Below are positions 51,096-64,000 of a stretch of 64,000 bases of DNA, piece after piece; the stretch's first letter is position 1, and the number at the start of each line of letters is the position of its first letter. The stretch spans positions 2,495,591-2,559,590 of the forward strand of contig LN717261.1 in the NCBI GenBank assembly GCA_001244265.2, in the 5' to 3' direction. The position numbers and the translations under genes are program-made. This stretch comes from Microbotryum violaceum. Lineage: Eukaryota. The notes beneath the pieces were generated by a model. The model saw only the letters and a list, made by a program, of their open reading frames with translations. It ran no database searches and was not told where the DNA came from.

Positions 51096-54000
51096 CTACA
51101 CGCTGTCCTCCAAGACGAGGCGAGGCGCGATGTTCATGGCCATCAGTTCCTGTAAAAGCGACGACACGAGGTCAGGATGCATGACACAGGGTAGAACACC
51201 TCAACACCAACTTACCTGGAACAAGAGTTTGCAAGCGTATGGCACCGTCAACTTGACGACCTTCTTGGCGCTCTTGCACCGCATGCACCACCCATTGTAA
51301 CCCATGAAACCGCAATCCTGGCAAACGTCAACCTTGAACGCATCGGACGAGATCATCAGACGTTCGAGCAAGAGTTGCGAAGCACCGTGGGCTATGAGGC
51401 AATCTCGTTCCATTTCTCCGAGACGAAGACCACCGTCGCGCGATCGACCTTCGGTCGGTTGACGCGTCAGGACCGCTCGAGGTCCCTTGGCTCGTGCGTG
51501 GTACTTGTCGACAACCATGTGCTGTAGATTGTTAGAAAGCGAGTTCCTTTAGTTAATTTGCTGCGACTGCCACTAAGATCGAGCACAGGACCCACCTTGA
51601 GTTTTTGGTAGTAGATAGGACCCATAAAGACATAACTCTCCAACGGCTGACCGGTGATACCTGAAGTCAAGTAATCCTTACCGGCGTACGAGTAGCCCGC
51701 CTCAATCAAGACCTTGGACATGTCCTCGGCCTTGCTACCTCCGAATGCGGTACCGTACTCGAACTTGCCCTTCAACACACCGGCTTTGCCCGACAACAGT
51801 TCCAACATCTTGCCGACCGTCATACGCGATGGGAAACCGTGAGGGTTCATGATGATATCGGGGCAAATACCGGCGTCGTTGAAGGGCATGTCCTCCTGCG
51901 GCACGATCAACCCACAAACTCCTTTCTGCCCGTGACGGGACGAGAATTTGTCCCCCAATTCGGGTCGTCGAGTCTGTCGAATCAACACTTTGACCAACGT
52001 CGTGTCCTGATCGGTATCGGTCAACAAGACCTTGTCGATGTAGCCCGGGATCGGACCTCGGTACGTCAGACCCGTGTTCTTCCACGTTTGCGCACCCGCT
52101 GCGGTCGAGTTGGCGACCGTCTGCACGTTGTTGTCGTTGGCTCCAGAGGGCGTTTGCTTGTTGATGTAAATCTGCCCGTTCTCGACCTGTTCGCCGACGT
52201 GGGCGAGACCATCGTTGTCGAGCGCATTGTAACGAGCCATGACCGTGCCATCCGTCTCTTTCGGAGGATCGGCAAGTCGATCGTACCTGTGGGTAGCTGG
52301 CGGTCAGCATTCAGAAATGACTTCCCCCCCACCCCCTGCTCGAAGCGACTCACAATCCATTAGGATACCGCTTGATCAAAGTCGAGTACTTTCGGAAGAC
52401 CTGACACCTCCCAAACCCACGATCCAAGCTTGCCCGATTCAAAATCAAAGCATCCTCGATATCGTATCCGGAGAAACTCATGACCGCGACCATGGCGTTC
52501 TGACCGGCGGGTAAGCGGTCGTAGCCAACCAACTCAATCGTACGCGTGCGACACATCGGCGTTTGAGGATAGACCATGAGGTACAACAAGGTGTCGATTC
52601 GTTGAAGTTGGTTGTACGCGATCGCACCGATCGCTTGTTTACCCATGGCGCATTGGTAGGTGTTTCGAGGGGATTGGTTGTGATGCGGGTAAGGGATGAG
52701 ACCAGCAACGGCACCGAGGAGTGTGAAGGGCTCGATCTCGAGATGGGTCGTCATGGGGATGATGTCGTGTTCGTAAAGAGCGATGTAGGCATCGTTCTCT
52801 TCATTGACGTCGAGATATTCGATCAAGCCTTTTTGCAAGAACATGTCGAAGGTCATTTTTTTCTCGCGTAGTAGCTGAGGAAGATCAAGTCAGTCAAAGA
52901 GCGCCATGGTCATCGACGGAGGAGCCTGCAGACCACTCACCCTCATATGAACCTCCTTAACTCGACTGCGCTCATTCTCCACAATGATCATAGGTCGACA
53001 GATACGTCCACCATCCGAAGCGATGTGGATGCATCGTTGCGTGAGGTTGACGTAGATGGAGACGAACTCGTTGATCTTGCCCGTTCGACGCAGCAGGCGG
53101 AACTGACTGACGAAGCGCGTGCCCGTACGCGTCAGGCCCAGCACATTACCATTGAGGTACACGATGTAGTAACCTTCGGTGTAGATCTCGTTACCGTCGA
53201 GCGTGTTAATATCTGTAGAGGAGCGTGAACCGGTAGTCCAGTCAACCTCCCGAATGACATAACACAGCCGAGGGCATAAGCGATCGCACCTTCACAACCA
53301 ATGAGGAAGCAGATATTCCAGATCGGCTGCTCCTCCACGTCGGTCGTGATGTGAGTCATGAGCGCCAAGTTTTTGACCAGTCCACACGCCTCTCCTTCGG
53401 GTGTATCACTTGGACAGAGCATACCCCACTGCGAAGGTTGCAGCGCACGAGGACCCGAGACCTTCCTCGTCTTTTCAAACTGCGACGAGATACGCGTCAT
53501 CATACCCAGTGCCGAGATGAAAGACAAGCGCGATAGGACGTGGGTGATGCCCGCCCGCTCCATCTTGAAACGTTTGAGGGACCAGTTACCCGTCGAAATC
53601 GCTCGGACGAAACCTTGCGTGATCCCATCACCGTGCAGTTGGAACTGCTTGATCGCGTCAAACTCGGTCGTCCGATTCGGCTTCTTCAAGATCTTGTCAA
53701 TGTTGAGTTTGAGGTCGTGGTTGAACTTTTTGAACAAGTCCTCGAAAAGAAGTGACAAGAGCTGACCGGCCAACTCGAGACGCTTGTTACCGACGTAATC
53801 TCGATCGTCGATGCTCTTGGGGTCGACCATGGCCATGAGCACACGTCGCACCATCATGGCGATGTAGATGGCCTTGGGTCGGAAGTTGAGGTCCTCGACG
53901 GGGACGTGGGCCAATACGACGGTGGCGAGCACCTCGATAGCCTCTTCACTCGCCGGTCGTCGTTGACTCCACGAAGCACCGGGTCCCGTCCTCCGAATGA

Positions 54001-55590
54001 TCTTGACCCTCGAGCCAATGTAGTCGAGCGCCTGCTGCTGCGTCTGTACGGGAATTTGCTGCCCAGACTTGGTCTTGAGGTCTTCGAGCTCTTCGATGTT
54101 GATGGCGAAATGCGAACGGAACTCGTCGTCGTTGCCGCAGACGAGCTGTACGATCTCACGAGACGAGACGACACCGAGCGCTCGCAAGACAATCGCGACG
54201 GGGATGTCTTCGTGGATCGAGTTGTGCTTCAGGTAGATCTTGCCATGCTTGGTCAGGATGTAGGTCTTGGACTTGCGTTCCAATGTTGAACTGCAAGAAG
54301 CATTATCAGGTCAATCTTCGGTCGGCGGCACCGAAGCAGTCCTTGTCGCACTCACCTCGTCACGGAAGCTTGCACAAGCCCCTTCTTGGGCTCGGTCTCC
54401 ACTATGATACGATTCTTGGATAGCTGCTCTTGCACGAGAATGACCTTCTCCGTGCCCTTGACGACAAAGTATCCCCGGGGTCGAGTGGGCACTCGTTCAT
54501 GCTTGCTAGCTGGGACTTGTCCTTGCCCGTCAAAACGCACTTGTTGCTCCTTAGCATGATCGGTAGTCGCCCAATACGGATACCTTTGCTCGACACCTCC
54601 TGTCTGCCGCGTGTGTATCTGATGTTGACGTAGACGGGGGCGGAGTAGGACAGGTCGCGTAATCGACATTCGTGAGGGGTAATACTCGAATTCATCGGGT
54701 TTTCGTCCGATCGTTCGGGTGCGCCAACGCGAATGTCCTCGTACTCGAGGTAAAAGTGTGGATCGACATCCGAGGTGATGCGGGCGTTGGCGCGGAGGAT
54801 GTTTTGCAGGTCGACGTCGACAAAGTAGTTGAACGAGTCAATGTGCTGCTTGACCAGACCTTTGACGGCCAAGAATGCGGGTAATAGATCCCACTTGTCC
54901 TGAACACGCACACGATCATGAGAGAGAGAGTCAGTGATCCAGCCCGAGCGTGACGGACTGAACCATCACAGAAAATGTCGCGGTCAAGTGGGGATTGTGG
55001 AAAGAAAACCTCACCTCGACAGCCTTGATCGGATCCGCGAGATTCTTGCCCTTCCAAACCTGTTTCCCCATAGCCTGCAACCCATCGCCCAAAGTCTGCA
55101 GGTCACCGACATTCTGCATCCCCTTCATCTCCGGGCCCGAGCTGCTCTCGGGGAAAAGTTCCTTGGCCTTGCCCTTGAATCGAGCTGAATCTGATCCCGC
55201 CGCCGCTGCTGCTGCTGCTGCTGCTGCTGCGGTCTCGGCCGTCTCTGTCGATGCGGTCGGGTACACTTTCTCGTCGTTCTCGTCTGTCACGGTGGGTCCC
55301 TCGACTGGGTCGGCCATCTCGGTGTCGCCCGTGCCTTCCTCGACGGTCTCGTCCAGATCCATCGGTTCAGTGGGGAGAGCGACCGCGGCAGGGAAACCAG
55401 CGGCATCCGTGCCCGTCGAAGTGGATGCGAGGGGCTTCACATCATCGGTGATGGTCGCTGAAGTCGCATCCGAGAGCTGACCCTTGTCGTCGGCCTTGTC
55501 GGGGTTGGTAACATTGCTAGCAGCAGGAGCAGTCGCCGCAGCTCTGGCTTTCTGAGCCGCCCTCACTTTGGCGAACGACCGAGGTGGCAT
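51096..55590 (-). CDS. RPC2: RNA polymerase III second-largest subunit, multi-exon
   Basis: [62 protein letters not shown] and [11 protein letters not shown]. One apparent 1-nt frameshift at 54473-54476. Confidence 0.95.
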
Positions 55591-56133
55591 CGTCGTGGCC
55601 GGAACAGCGAATGGGAGCGCTTAATCTGGACCGGATCCCTGAGCTGGAGCACCCCCGCCACTTGCGGGCTAAGCCAACTGCCGCGTCGACAGGGTAGTCT
55701 TGGTTCGATTCGCCCGTCGAGCTCGAGGATGACACTGAGCGCGAATACACCGGTGCGCCCGGACGCGAGTTGCGAAATGAGCCGCTGCCAATTCGAGTCA
55801 GCGCTAATTAGAGCGAGTTCACATTGGTAAGCGACAATTTCAACACGGTTTCAGCTCGTATTCCGCTCTCAGAGCGTACTGAGAGAAGTACTATGACTAG
55901 CATCTCATGCACTGAACATTGCGCGTGATATAGCGATGGAGAGAGAGGGAGAGAGAGAGGAATGAAAACGACGAAAGAGTAGATCATCCACAGAGACAAG
56001 AGACACAGTCAGAGCAAAGATCAGTGAGAAAAGGGGTTCAAAAGAGCTTCGGGAGAAAGACGATGCAAGTCCGCACAAGAGCAAGGAAAGAGAAGAGAAG
56101 GAAGGAGGAAAGAGAACAGGGGCGGGAAGAACA

Positions 56134-59100
56134 TCATACGACGTATTGCGCGCAAGGCTCGCCATTCTGCAGGTCCATCAGGAACGTCCCACCGCCGTTA
56201 ACGATGTTGCCTTCGACCGCCATCGATTCGATCAGTTCGGGGACACTGCAACACAAACACACATACATCAGTTCGATATGCCTACTCAAGTATGTCTCTT
56301 CACCGAAAACTCACTCAATCGAACCCGAGTCGGGCCAGCCAGCGACGACCTCGCGATGGATCTCATTGATCGGGATCACCGCATTGCCGTATTTCTCAAA
56401 CAGGCGGAAGTAGGTCAACCGCGCACGGTCACGCACGATCGAATGACGGTCGGGCGTGATCATCGGCGTCGGCATCGCAGGAGCTCCCCAGATTCCCGTC
56501 GAGAACGGCGACGACCATTCGGCTCCCGGCACCGCAGATCCAGGTGGGCCAGGTGGGGGCTGCACATTCGAGGCGCCTCGCGGTGGCGGCACGACGATCT
56601 CGTCGTCTTCGAGCAACGCCGATGAGCCAAACACCCGAGGAGGGGGTGACAGGGAGCGTTGGCCCGAAACGGATGACCCGGGGCGACCAATCACTCCGCC
56701 GATCGGACCAACGTGGAGCGGACGAGGGCTCGCTGCGTTCGACAGAGACGGTGGTGCTACCGGAGCGGGCTGCGAGAGCGATGGCATACCGTTCGGGCGA
56801 GTCGAAGGTGCTACAATTGAGGACATGTTTGAACCACCCGCCGAGAGCGGTGCCGGACCGATGGCGGCGTTCCGTCCCAAGGCAGCAGGCGAGACCAGCA
56901 GATTCGGGTGCTGCTGGGGCGGCGGCGACATGAAACCTCCACCGACCATTGACGGCTGTTGCTGTTGACCATGCAGACCACCAAACAGCTGCGGCGAGGG
57001 CCCGATTGGCGTCGCCGAGAACAGGCGCGACGATCCGGGGGCGGGAGGAATGCCATTCGGCACCTGCTGAGGCACGGTCGAAGGCAATCGTTGCCCAAAG
57101 GGGGGCATTGCTTGCTGCGACTGTTGCGGCTGCTGTTGCTGTTGCGGCTGCTGATGCGGGATCCGCTGCTGCAACGGCATCGGCTGTTGCTGAGAAAGCA
57201 TCGGCGAACCATGCTGCGGTTGCTGGTGCTGTTGCTGCAGATGCTGCTGCAAGCTCGGCGGCATGCTCGAGATCGAAGGTTGCCTTTGCGTGGGCATCTG
57301 GCCAGGTGCAGCGTTCGACGATCGCATCGGTTGCTGCTGAGTCGGAGCGGACAAGGACGGCGCCTTGGGGGCACCAGGACCATTAGGAGTTTTGGACGGG
57401 GATCCAGGGGCGGCTCGAGTCGCATTGGGCGATTTGGACCGGGAGGCGGCGGCGGCTTGAGCAGCAGCGGCCGCAGGTGCAGTGGCCTGCCGTTGCTGTT
57501 GTGCCTGCTTGGCACGGGCAGCTGCTTGACTAGCAGCCTTGGCCTCTTGAGCCACACGCTGCCGTTCACGCACAGCCTCCGCTTCCTTGGCCTCTCTGAC
57601 CAACCGAGCCTTCTCCTCCCTCTCCTCATGCTCCTTCTTCTCAGCCGCCTCGCGTGCCTTCTTCTCTTTGACCTCTCGCTCGGCCGCCAATCGTGCCTCC
57701 TTGACCAAGCGCGCCTTCTCTTCCCTCAACCGACGCTCCTCCTCCTTGAGCTGCCGAGCCCGTTCCTCGCGCTTGAGACGTTCCTCGTCCTTCTTGCGAC
57801 GTTCCTCTTCGCGTTTCTGGCGTGCCTCTTCGCTGCGGCGACGCTCTTCTTCGAGTCGAGCCTCTTCGGCCTCGCGCGCGGCTTTCTCGGCTGCTTCGCG
57901 TTCGGCTTCCTTGCGTAAGCGCTCCTCTTCCTTCTTTTGCTTTTGATCCCTGCACGAACGAAAAATATGTCCGCCCGTCAACATCCGTGCAAATGAAAAG
58001 GGAGAAAGTGAGAACCCACTTCTTCTTGTCCTTCTTCTTCTGATTCTCTTTGGCCTTTCTCGCCTGCGCCTCCTCGGCCTGCCTCTGCTCGGCCTCGAAC
58101 TCGCGCAGCAACTGGTTCTGACGTTCGTCGGCCAACTTTTCGCGATACGCCGTCAGAACGCGTTGTTCGAACATTCTCGCCGCAAAGATCTGGAACATGC
58201 GACGCCCTTCCTCCATCCTCTCTGCCTCCGTCATGACCTCATCATCATCCTCATCATCGCCTTCATCGTCCTCATCATCTTCCTCATCGTCATCGTCGTC
58301 ATCTTCCTCTTCATCCGAATGGTCATCGTCTTCGTCGTCGATGAGCATCGTCGCATCGCATTCGCGTTGGATCCGCTTGTCCGCAAGCTGCTCCATCATT
58401 TCGAGGAACTTGTGCCCATCATTCTTGAGCAGGTCGTCGGCGACGGTGAGAATGCCTCCTGGTCGATTCGCAAAAAGGCAATGGAAAAAGAAAACGAAGG
58501 TGCCATTAGCTTAGCACGAGTTCTCTTCGTGGGCGAGGTAGGTGGCGATGAAAGAAAGAGACGTACCTTTGACGGTGAGCGAAGAGCCGAACCCGAAAAA
58601 GTCGGCGCCGGGGTTCTTCTTGTTCACCTTCTTGGGCAAGTCGTCCCGGGGGAGATCGTCATCGTCATCGTACTGTACGAAAATGGGCGAAGGATCAACA
58701 ATCCCGCAATCATCTTTAAGCACTGGGAAAACCCCAAAGCGCACCTCTTCGTCCTCCTCTTCATCGTCGTATTCATCCTCGTCATAATCTTCCTCGTCCT
58801 CCTCTTCCTCCTCGTCGCCCTCCTCCTCATCATGATGATCATGCTCGACCGCCGCTCCTTTCGCCTTGGCCTGAGCCGTCGCCGGTGTGGTCGGGTTCAT
58901 AGGTCCATGATGATTGTGAGGGTGGTGAGGACAGCTAGGCGAATGCGTATGACCTGGTTCGCCATGCGCAGGTCCATCATGGTGGTTCTGATGATGCGGA
59001 TTGGTCGCGTTCGGCGCCGTCGGCAGCGGCGGTTTCTTCTTGGCCGCCGGTCGAACGTTCTTGTGGTCCCGCGTCGGTTTGACGATCGCTCCTGTCCGAC

Positions 59101-61063
59101 GAGCCACTTGGGCCGGTACGGCCGGTGTCGAAGCCGCGACGTCGACTGATCCAGGGAAAGGACCCGGACCGGGAGGGGGTGAGATCGTCCCCGGTGCCGA
59201 AGTCTGATAACGTTGCTGGTGCAGAGCATACGACTCGAGCTCGTCGTAATAAGCGTCGTACAATTGTTCGAGCTCATCCTCGATCGCGGACCGCTTGCGC
59301 CCACACACCGCGCACGAACATCCCGATCGTTGCTGCTCCTTCATCTTTCGCAGCACGGCCTCCTTCTCGACCTTGACCAACGCCCGTCGCTCGTTCTCCT
59401 TCAGGCCCAACCAGAAGTCGCGAATTCTCTCCCTCTCGCTCGATGGCCCAGCTTGGGGAGCAATACTCGGCGTTGTGCCGGCGGTGAATCGGGCCTGCTT
59501 GTTGCTATTGTTCAGGTTCGCCAGGGGCGCGGTTGTTCGTCCCGGATTGACCGCCGCTGGTGGGGCCGGCTTGGGCGCAATAGTGCCTCGTAGTGCCGGC
59601 AAGGGCGGCATAGTGGGCACCTGGTAATTCGGGTAGCGTGCAGCAGCGAGTCGGTACTCCTCGGCGTGATCAACGACATCTGTCTCCCTTCGAACCAGCT
59701 CGTCCACATCGCCCCCCGTCGCATCGGCGATGTTGTTCACCGCTGCGGCCACGCCCGTCTTCTTCTTCTTCTTCTTTTTCTTCTTGGAAGAAGTCGTCGT
59801 TGTTCCGTTGGGGTCACCCGCACCGAGGCCGACGTCCTCGTCCTCGGTCTCGTCGAGGTGGGGTGGGTCATCGTGATGGTGATGGTGGTGATGGTGCTGC
59901 TGCTGCGGCTGCGGCTGCTGGTGTTGGAGTTGTTGCTGCTGTTGCTGAGGGTGGTGATGGTGATGTGTCGGATAGGGCTGGGGTTGCTGCGCCATTGGAT
60001 TATTGAGGACATCGGCACCGAAAGCACCGAGTTGACCCAAATTGCCGAGCTGACGCAAGGCGTGCTCCATTTGTTCACGCGTCGGCATCGAAACGGGGAA
60101 CGCACCGAGCGAGATGGTCGCCCCGTTCGCGGTTGTCGTCGTCGTCGTTGTCGCCCCACGGTTCCCGTTCTGGCCGTTCCCATTCTGTCCATTGCCTACC
60201 CCACCTCCGACACCCGGCATCGGGCCCAAACCGAGCTGACCCCAGTTCGAGTTGACGACTTGCGCAAGCTGTTGCGCCGCCGAGGATAGCTGCTCGTGTG
60301 TCAAGGGTGGTAAGGATTGCCCATTCACGCCGGTGACGACCGAGCTGAGAGCGGCGAGAGTGCCGTTGACGTTGGGTGGCAAGGAGCCATTCGGCAACGG
60401 CTGGCCGTTCGGCAGTGCGGAGCGAATGAACTGGCGCAGATGCTGGGGCAGCGAGGTCCAGTATGCGTCATCGGTCGGAATCCCGTTGAGCTGGTTGTTC
60501 TGCCCGTTCGAGTTTGTGTTGGCGCCGTTGTTGTTGAGGTTGTTGGAGCCAGGTGGGGGTGGGAAAGCGGCGGCGGCAAAGGACGGATGCGAAGAGGCGA
60601 GCGACGCGGCGGCCTCGATTTGTCGGTACAGGTCCGACGCGGTCGAGAGCAGGTCCGAAGGTGTCGCTCCTGGGTGGGGTTGACCATAGGCCGCATAGGC
60701 GGTCGCAGCATTGGCGATGTGGGCGTTGTGATGGCCCTGATTCGGCACGGCGTGTGCGTCTCGTGGGTTGAGGCTCGCGCCGGGATGCTGGTGCGGGTGT
60801 TGGTGTTGCTGCTGCCCCGGGTGGAGGTGTTGGTGGTCGACGTTCTCGAGCGGGGGCAGGTCATCGTCGTCGAGATCATCGTCGAGATCGTCGTCGTACT
60901 GACGGGTCGCCGACAGTTGTTGCGAGGTCGGATCCTGCGCCTCTTGTAGCTGCTTCTTGCTCTTGGCCTTGGCCTTCTTCTTCTTGTTCTTGGTCGAGCT
61001 CGGGGTCGACGAAGGTGCGGGCGCGGCAATCGGGAATGCTCCCGGTGGTCGTGTACCCGACAT
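56134..61063 (-). CDS. NST1: Stress response protein Nst1, multi-exon
   Basis: [10 protein letters not shown]...[37 protein letters not shown] and [25 protein letters not shown]; long coiled coil and Q/P-rich tracts. Confidence 0.92.
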
Positions 61064-61932
61064 CTAGGGTGGCAGCATAGGGGTCGAGGTGTCAGCTACT
61101 GGATCGTTCGCCGTAGGAGCAGGCCGCCGTTGACAAGGTGACAAGGCGCGATCGTCGTGCGACTGGTTGTGTGCGCTGCGCGGGCGGGAGGGGAGCGGCT
61201 GGTGGTGGTAGGGAGGGTGGTGGTGATTGAAGCCACTGCGCTGGGTCGGTGGCGAAGCTGGTCGTAGGGTCGATGGCGGGTTCACGATGCAAGGTCGCTT
61301 ACCTTTGTGGACTGAAGCTGCTCGGTTGGACTGGAGCTCTCGATGGACCAGAATGTGGGAGCGAACGGCGGTGAACCGAGCCACCGTCGTCAAGGTCCTC
61401 ACGCTCACGCTCACGCTCACCCCGCCGCCCGCAACTGGCAGTAGCTCAGTAGCTGGCAGTGCCGGCAGTGTGCTGGGTGTCAGCTGGCACTCGGCTGGCT
61501 TGCTCACGCGCTCCCGGTGACCTGTCCGGCGCTCGGTCTCTCAATTGCTTGCGCTGGCCCAGAAAGTTCAGTGTGTTCCAAAGAAAAGCATCAGAAAACC
61601 TCTAGAAGCCTTGGAATTCCACCGCAATTCCCAAGAGAGTCAGGGGAAGCACTCGCCGGAAAGGCCCAAAATCCGACTCTGGGCAGTGGTCCTCGGATTG
61701 CACGCCATCGACAGGGGGTTCACGATGCCAGGTTTTGGACCGGGGTCAAAATCCCACGCAGGCCCCTGCGGTCCAGTCGAGAAAAAAACTTGGGTGGGGC
61801 CCGGCTGTTTTAGCCGCGCGGGCCCCAAAGCTCAAAGGCCCAAGCGAGCGCCCGAGTACCCAGTCGTCGCGCCCGGGCCAAAGTGGTCGAGTTGGTGCAC
61901 TCGCGCCTTGGCTACGTTCTTCGCACATCAAA

Positions 61933-63301
61933 ATGACCGCCGGAGCACCCAGTCAGTACAAGCTCGCACGACGATACGCTCGATCCGTACTGACCTTGTT
62001 TCACCCTGGGGCCACTGCACACAGTCGTCGTTAGCAAGGTCTACAAGGTGCGTTGAGAGCCGTCGAAGCATCTTCCCGCCCGTCGTGTCGTTCGCCGTGC
62101 GGGCCAGTTTTCGATTTTGCTCGCCCGCCCTGCCGCTGGCGGGCCCGTCGGCGCTGGTGGGCCCGCCCGATTTCGCGTCCTGTCCTGGGGCCAAAGCAGC
62201 AGCCAGCAGCAGGCGACGGACACCGTGGACCGTATCCAGATGTGTGACAGCAGCTGACTTGACATGTTCTCTTCCATCCTTGCTTCTTTCTTTCACCCGC
62301 TCTTGTGCTGCACCTCGTCTCCGCTGTAATCGACACGCTGATCTCGCTCGTGCCCACCTCTGCACGCCCACGCCCGCCGTCGCACCCACTCGCACCCACT
62401 TGCATCCACCGTACTCGCACTCGACCCGACTGCTCCACCGTGCATCTCTGCCACCGTCCACGCGGACTGCATACAAACCAATCCCAACCAACTTCACCTC
62501 ACAATAGGTTCCCCGTCGCCCCTTCGAGTCTGCCCGCCTCGATGCCGAGCTCAAGCTCGCCGGTGAATACGGTCTGCGCAACAAGCGCGAGATCTGGCGA
62601 ATTTCGTACCTCTTGTCCAACATCCGTCGTGCGGCCCGTGATCTGCTCAAGCTCGACGAGAAGGACCCCAAGCGTCTCTTCGAAGGTACGTCGGTGGGGA
62701 GTGGTCGAATGTGGCAGGATCGTCACCACGGCTTACTCTCTGACACGCTGCCTCTCGTGCTTTGCTGGTCTACAGGTAACGCCCTCATCCGTCGATTGGT
62801 GCGAGTCGGTGTTTTGGATGAAACCCGCCTCCGTCTCGATTACGTCTTGGCGTTAAAGGTCGAGGACTTCCTCGAACGACGCCTGCAAACCCAGGTCTTC
62901 AAATCCGGATTGGCCAAGTCGATCCACCACGCCCGTGTCCTCATCCGCCAGCGCCACATCCGGTACGTTCGGGCGATCCAGACTGGCTACTATTCCCGCA
63001 GAAAGACTGACTTTTGAACTCTTTATTTCCTACAGCGTCGGCAAGCAAATCGTCAACGTGCCCTCGTTCGTTGTCCGCCTCGACTCGCAAAAGCACATCG
63101 ACTTCTCTCTCACCTCCCCGTACGGTGGTGGACGTGATGGCCGAGTCAAGAGGAAGCGTGCCAAGGCCGCCGCTGCCGGTTCCGGTGAAGCCGAGGAGGA
63201 GGAGGAGGATGATGAGGTACGTTCTTGGCTATTGATGGGGGCACTGGGCCGAAAGAGGGGACAGATCGCTGACCTTTTGGTCCACTTTTCCCGCACAGTA
63301 A
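61933..63301 (+). CDS. RPS9: 40S ribosomal protein uS4 (S9), multi-exon
   Basis: [70 protein letters not shown] and [14 protein letters not shown]; stop codon follows the last intron. Confidence 0.96.
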
Positions 63302-64000
63302 ACGCATCAGCACTTTAAAACTTTCGAGGCTTTTCGGGGATTTGAGGAAGGGCATCAGGAAGGTAGATCCCGCTTGGTTCTTTTCCCGCATCTTTCTTTT
63401 AGATCTGAGACGTTTTTGAGGCAATGGGGAAAAGGCTTTCATTCACGAAGTTTGTTTGAGCCTATGCAGAGAACGAGCGAAGATGGCAAGAGAATACACG
63501 ATATACTCGATTCGATTAAAGCTGGTTCACAATGATGCTGACATGGAGCGGCGCGGTTAAAAATGTCTGACTTGAGACGGCTGTCTTTCTCCATCTTGCT
63601 GCAGAGTCCTCAAACCACTCCTCGCTCACTCGCTCCTCATCATGCAGACCTTTTCCCGTCGAATTACTTCAACCAGCCACTGTAGAAGCCCCTCCGCTAA
63701 CTCCATTCGACAACCCGATCCGTTTCTTGTCCGACTTACTCGGTCCACTTTGTTCGCGCAAACGATAACTTACCTTTCGGCCCACCACCGTTCAGAGGAC
63801 TCAACAGCGTTCGAGGGTTTGGGGAGAGAGCCGAGCTAGTTACTGTTTGAGCTGGTGTGGGTGATTGATGCTGGTGACAATCGAGGTCCATCTCGTCGGA
63901 GCATTTGATGTGGCATCTTGAGGAGGCAAGATAGGCGAAAGGGGTACATATTTGAAAAGTCAGCTTCTGCGCTCGTGTGGTCCATCAGAGACCTTTACGC

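Noticed and set aside
56456-60949. Long plus-strand and alternative-frame ORFs over NST1
   Set aside because: Shadow ORFs of GC-rich, low-complexity coding sequence.
61545-62507. 320-aa ORF overlapping the RPS9 promoter and introns
   Set aside because: No recognisable motif; the region is explained by the RPS9 exon/intron structure.
63531-63570. C/D box snoRNA-like ATGATG...CTGA after RPS9
   Set aside because: Imperfect C box, only ~40 nt long, and no recognisable guide.

Overview
Eukaryotic DNA with spliceosomal introns, most likely a basidiomycete fungus. CpG/TCG-biased decay of the repeats suggests Pucciniomycotina (Microbotryum-like); this is an inference. The window has two sharply different parts. 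(1) About 1-44.6 kb is a nested transposon block with no recognisable host gene. It holds a decayed intron-containing Helitron (RepHel plus a second gene with an OB-fold-like segment), many Helitron-derived mosaics and ~100-135 bp mini-Helitrons, three Ty1/copia elements, and a Tf1-like chromovirus (Ty3/gypsy) family represented by five LTRs. It also holds an L1/Tx1-like LINE fragment and a TIR-bounded relic. (2) About 44.9-63.3 kb is a compact run of host genes: an RNase III-like fragment, MRPS16, IPI3, a METTL13/EEF1AKMT4-like methyltransferase, RPC2/RET1, NST1 and RPS9. Most notable observations: a near-perfect palindrome with ~270-bp arms exactly at the TE/gene border, next to an RNase III-like ORF; a copia element with AG...TT LTR ends; an ~11.8-kb LTR-mediated inversion revealed by a split TSD; a TSD-flanked gypsy copy whose internal region is inverted relative to its LTRs; a mini-Helitron carrying E-box and CRE palindromes; and a distant branch point with a 250-nt AG-free zone in an RPS9 intron. 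All calls come from reading the sequence by eye; no searches were run.
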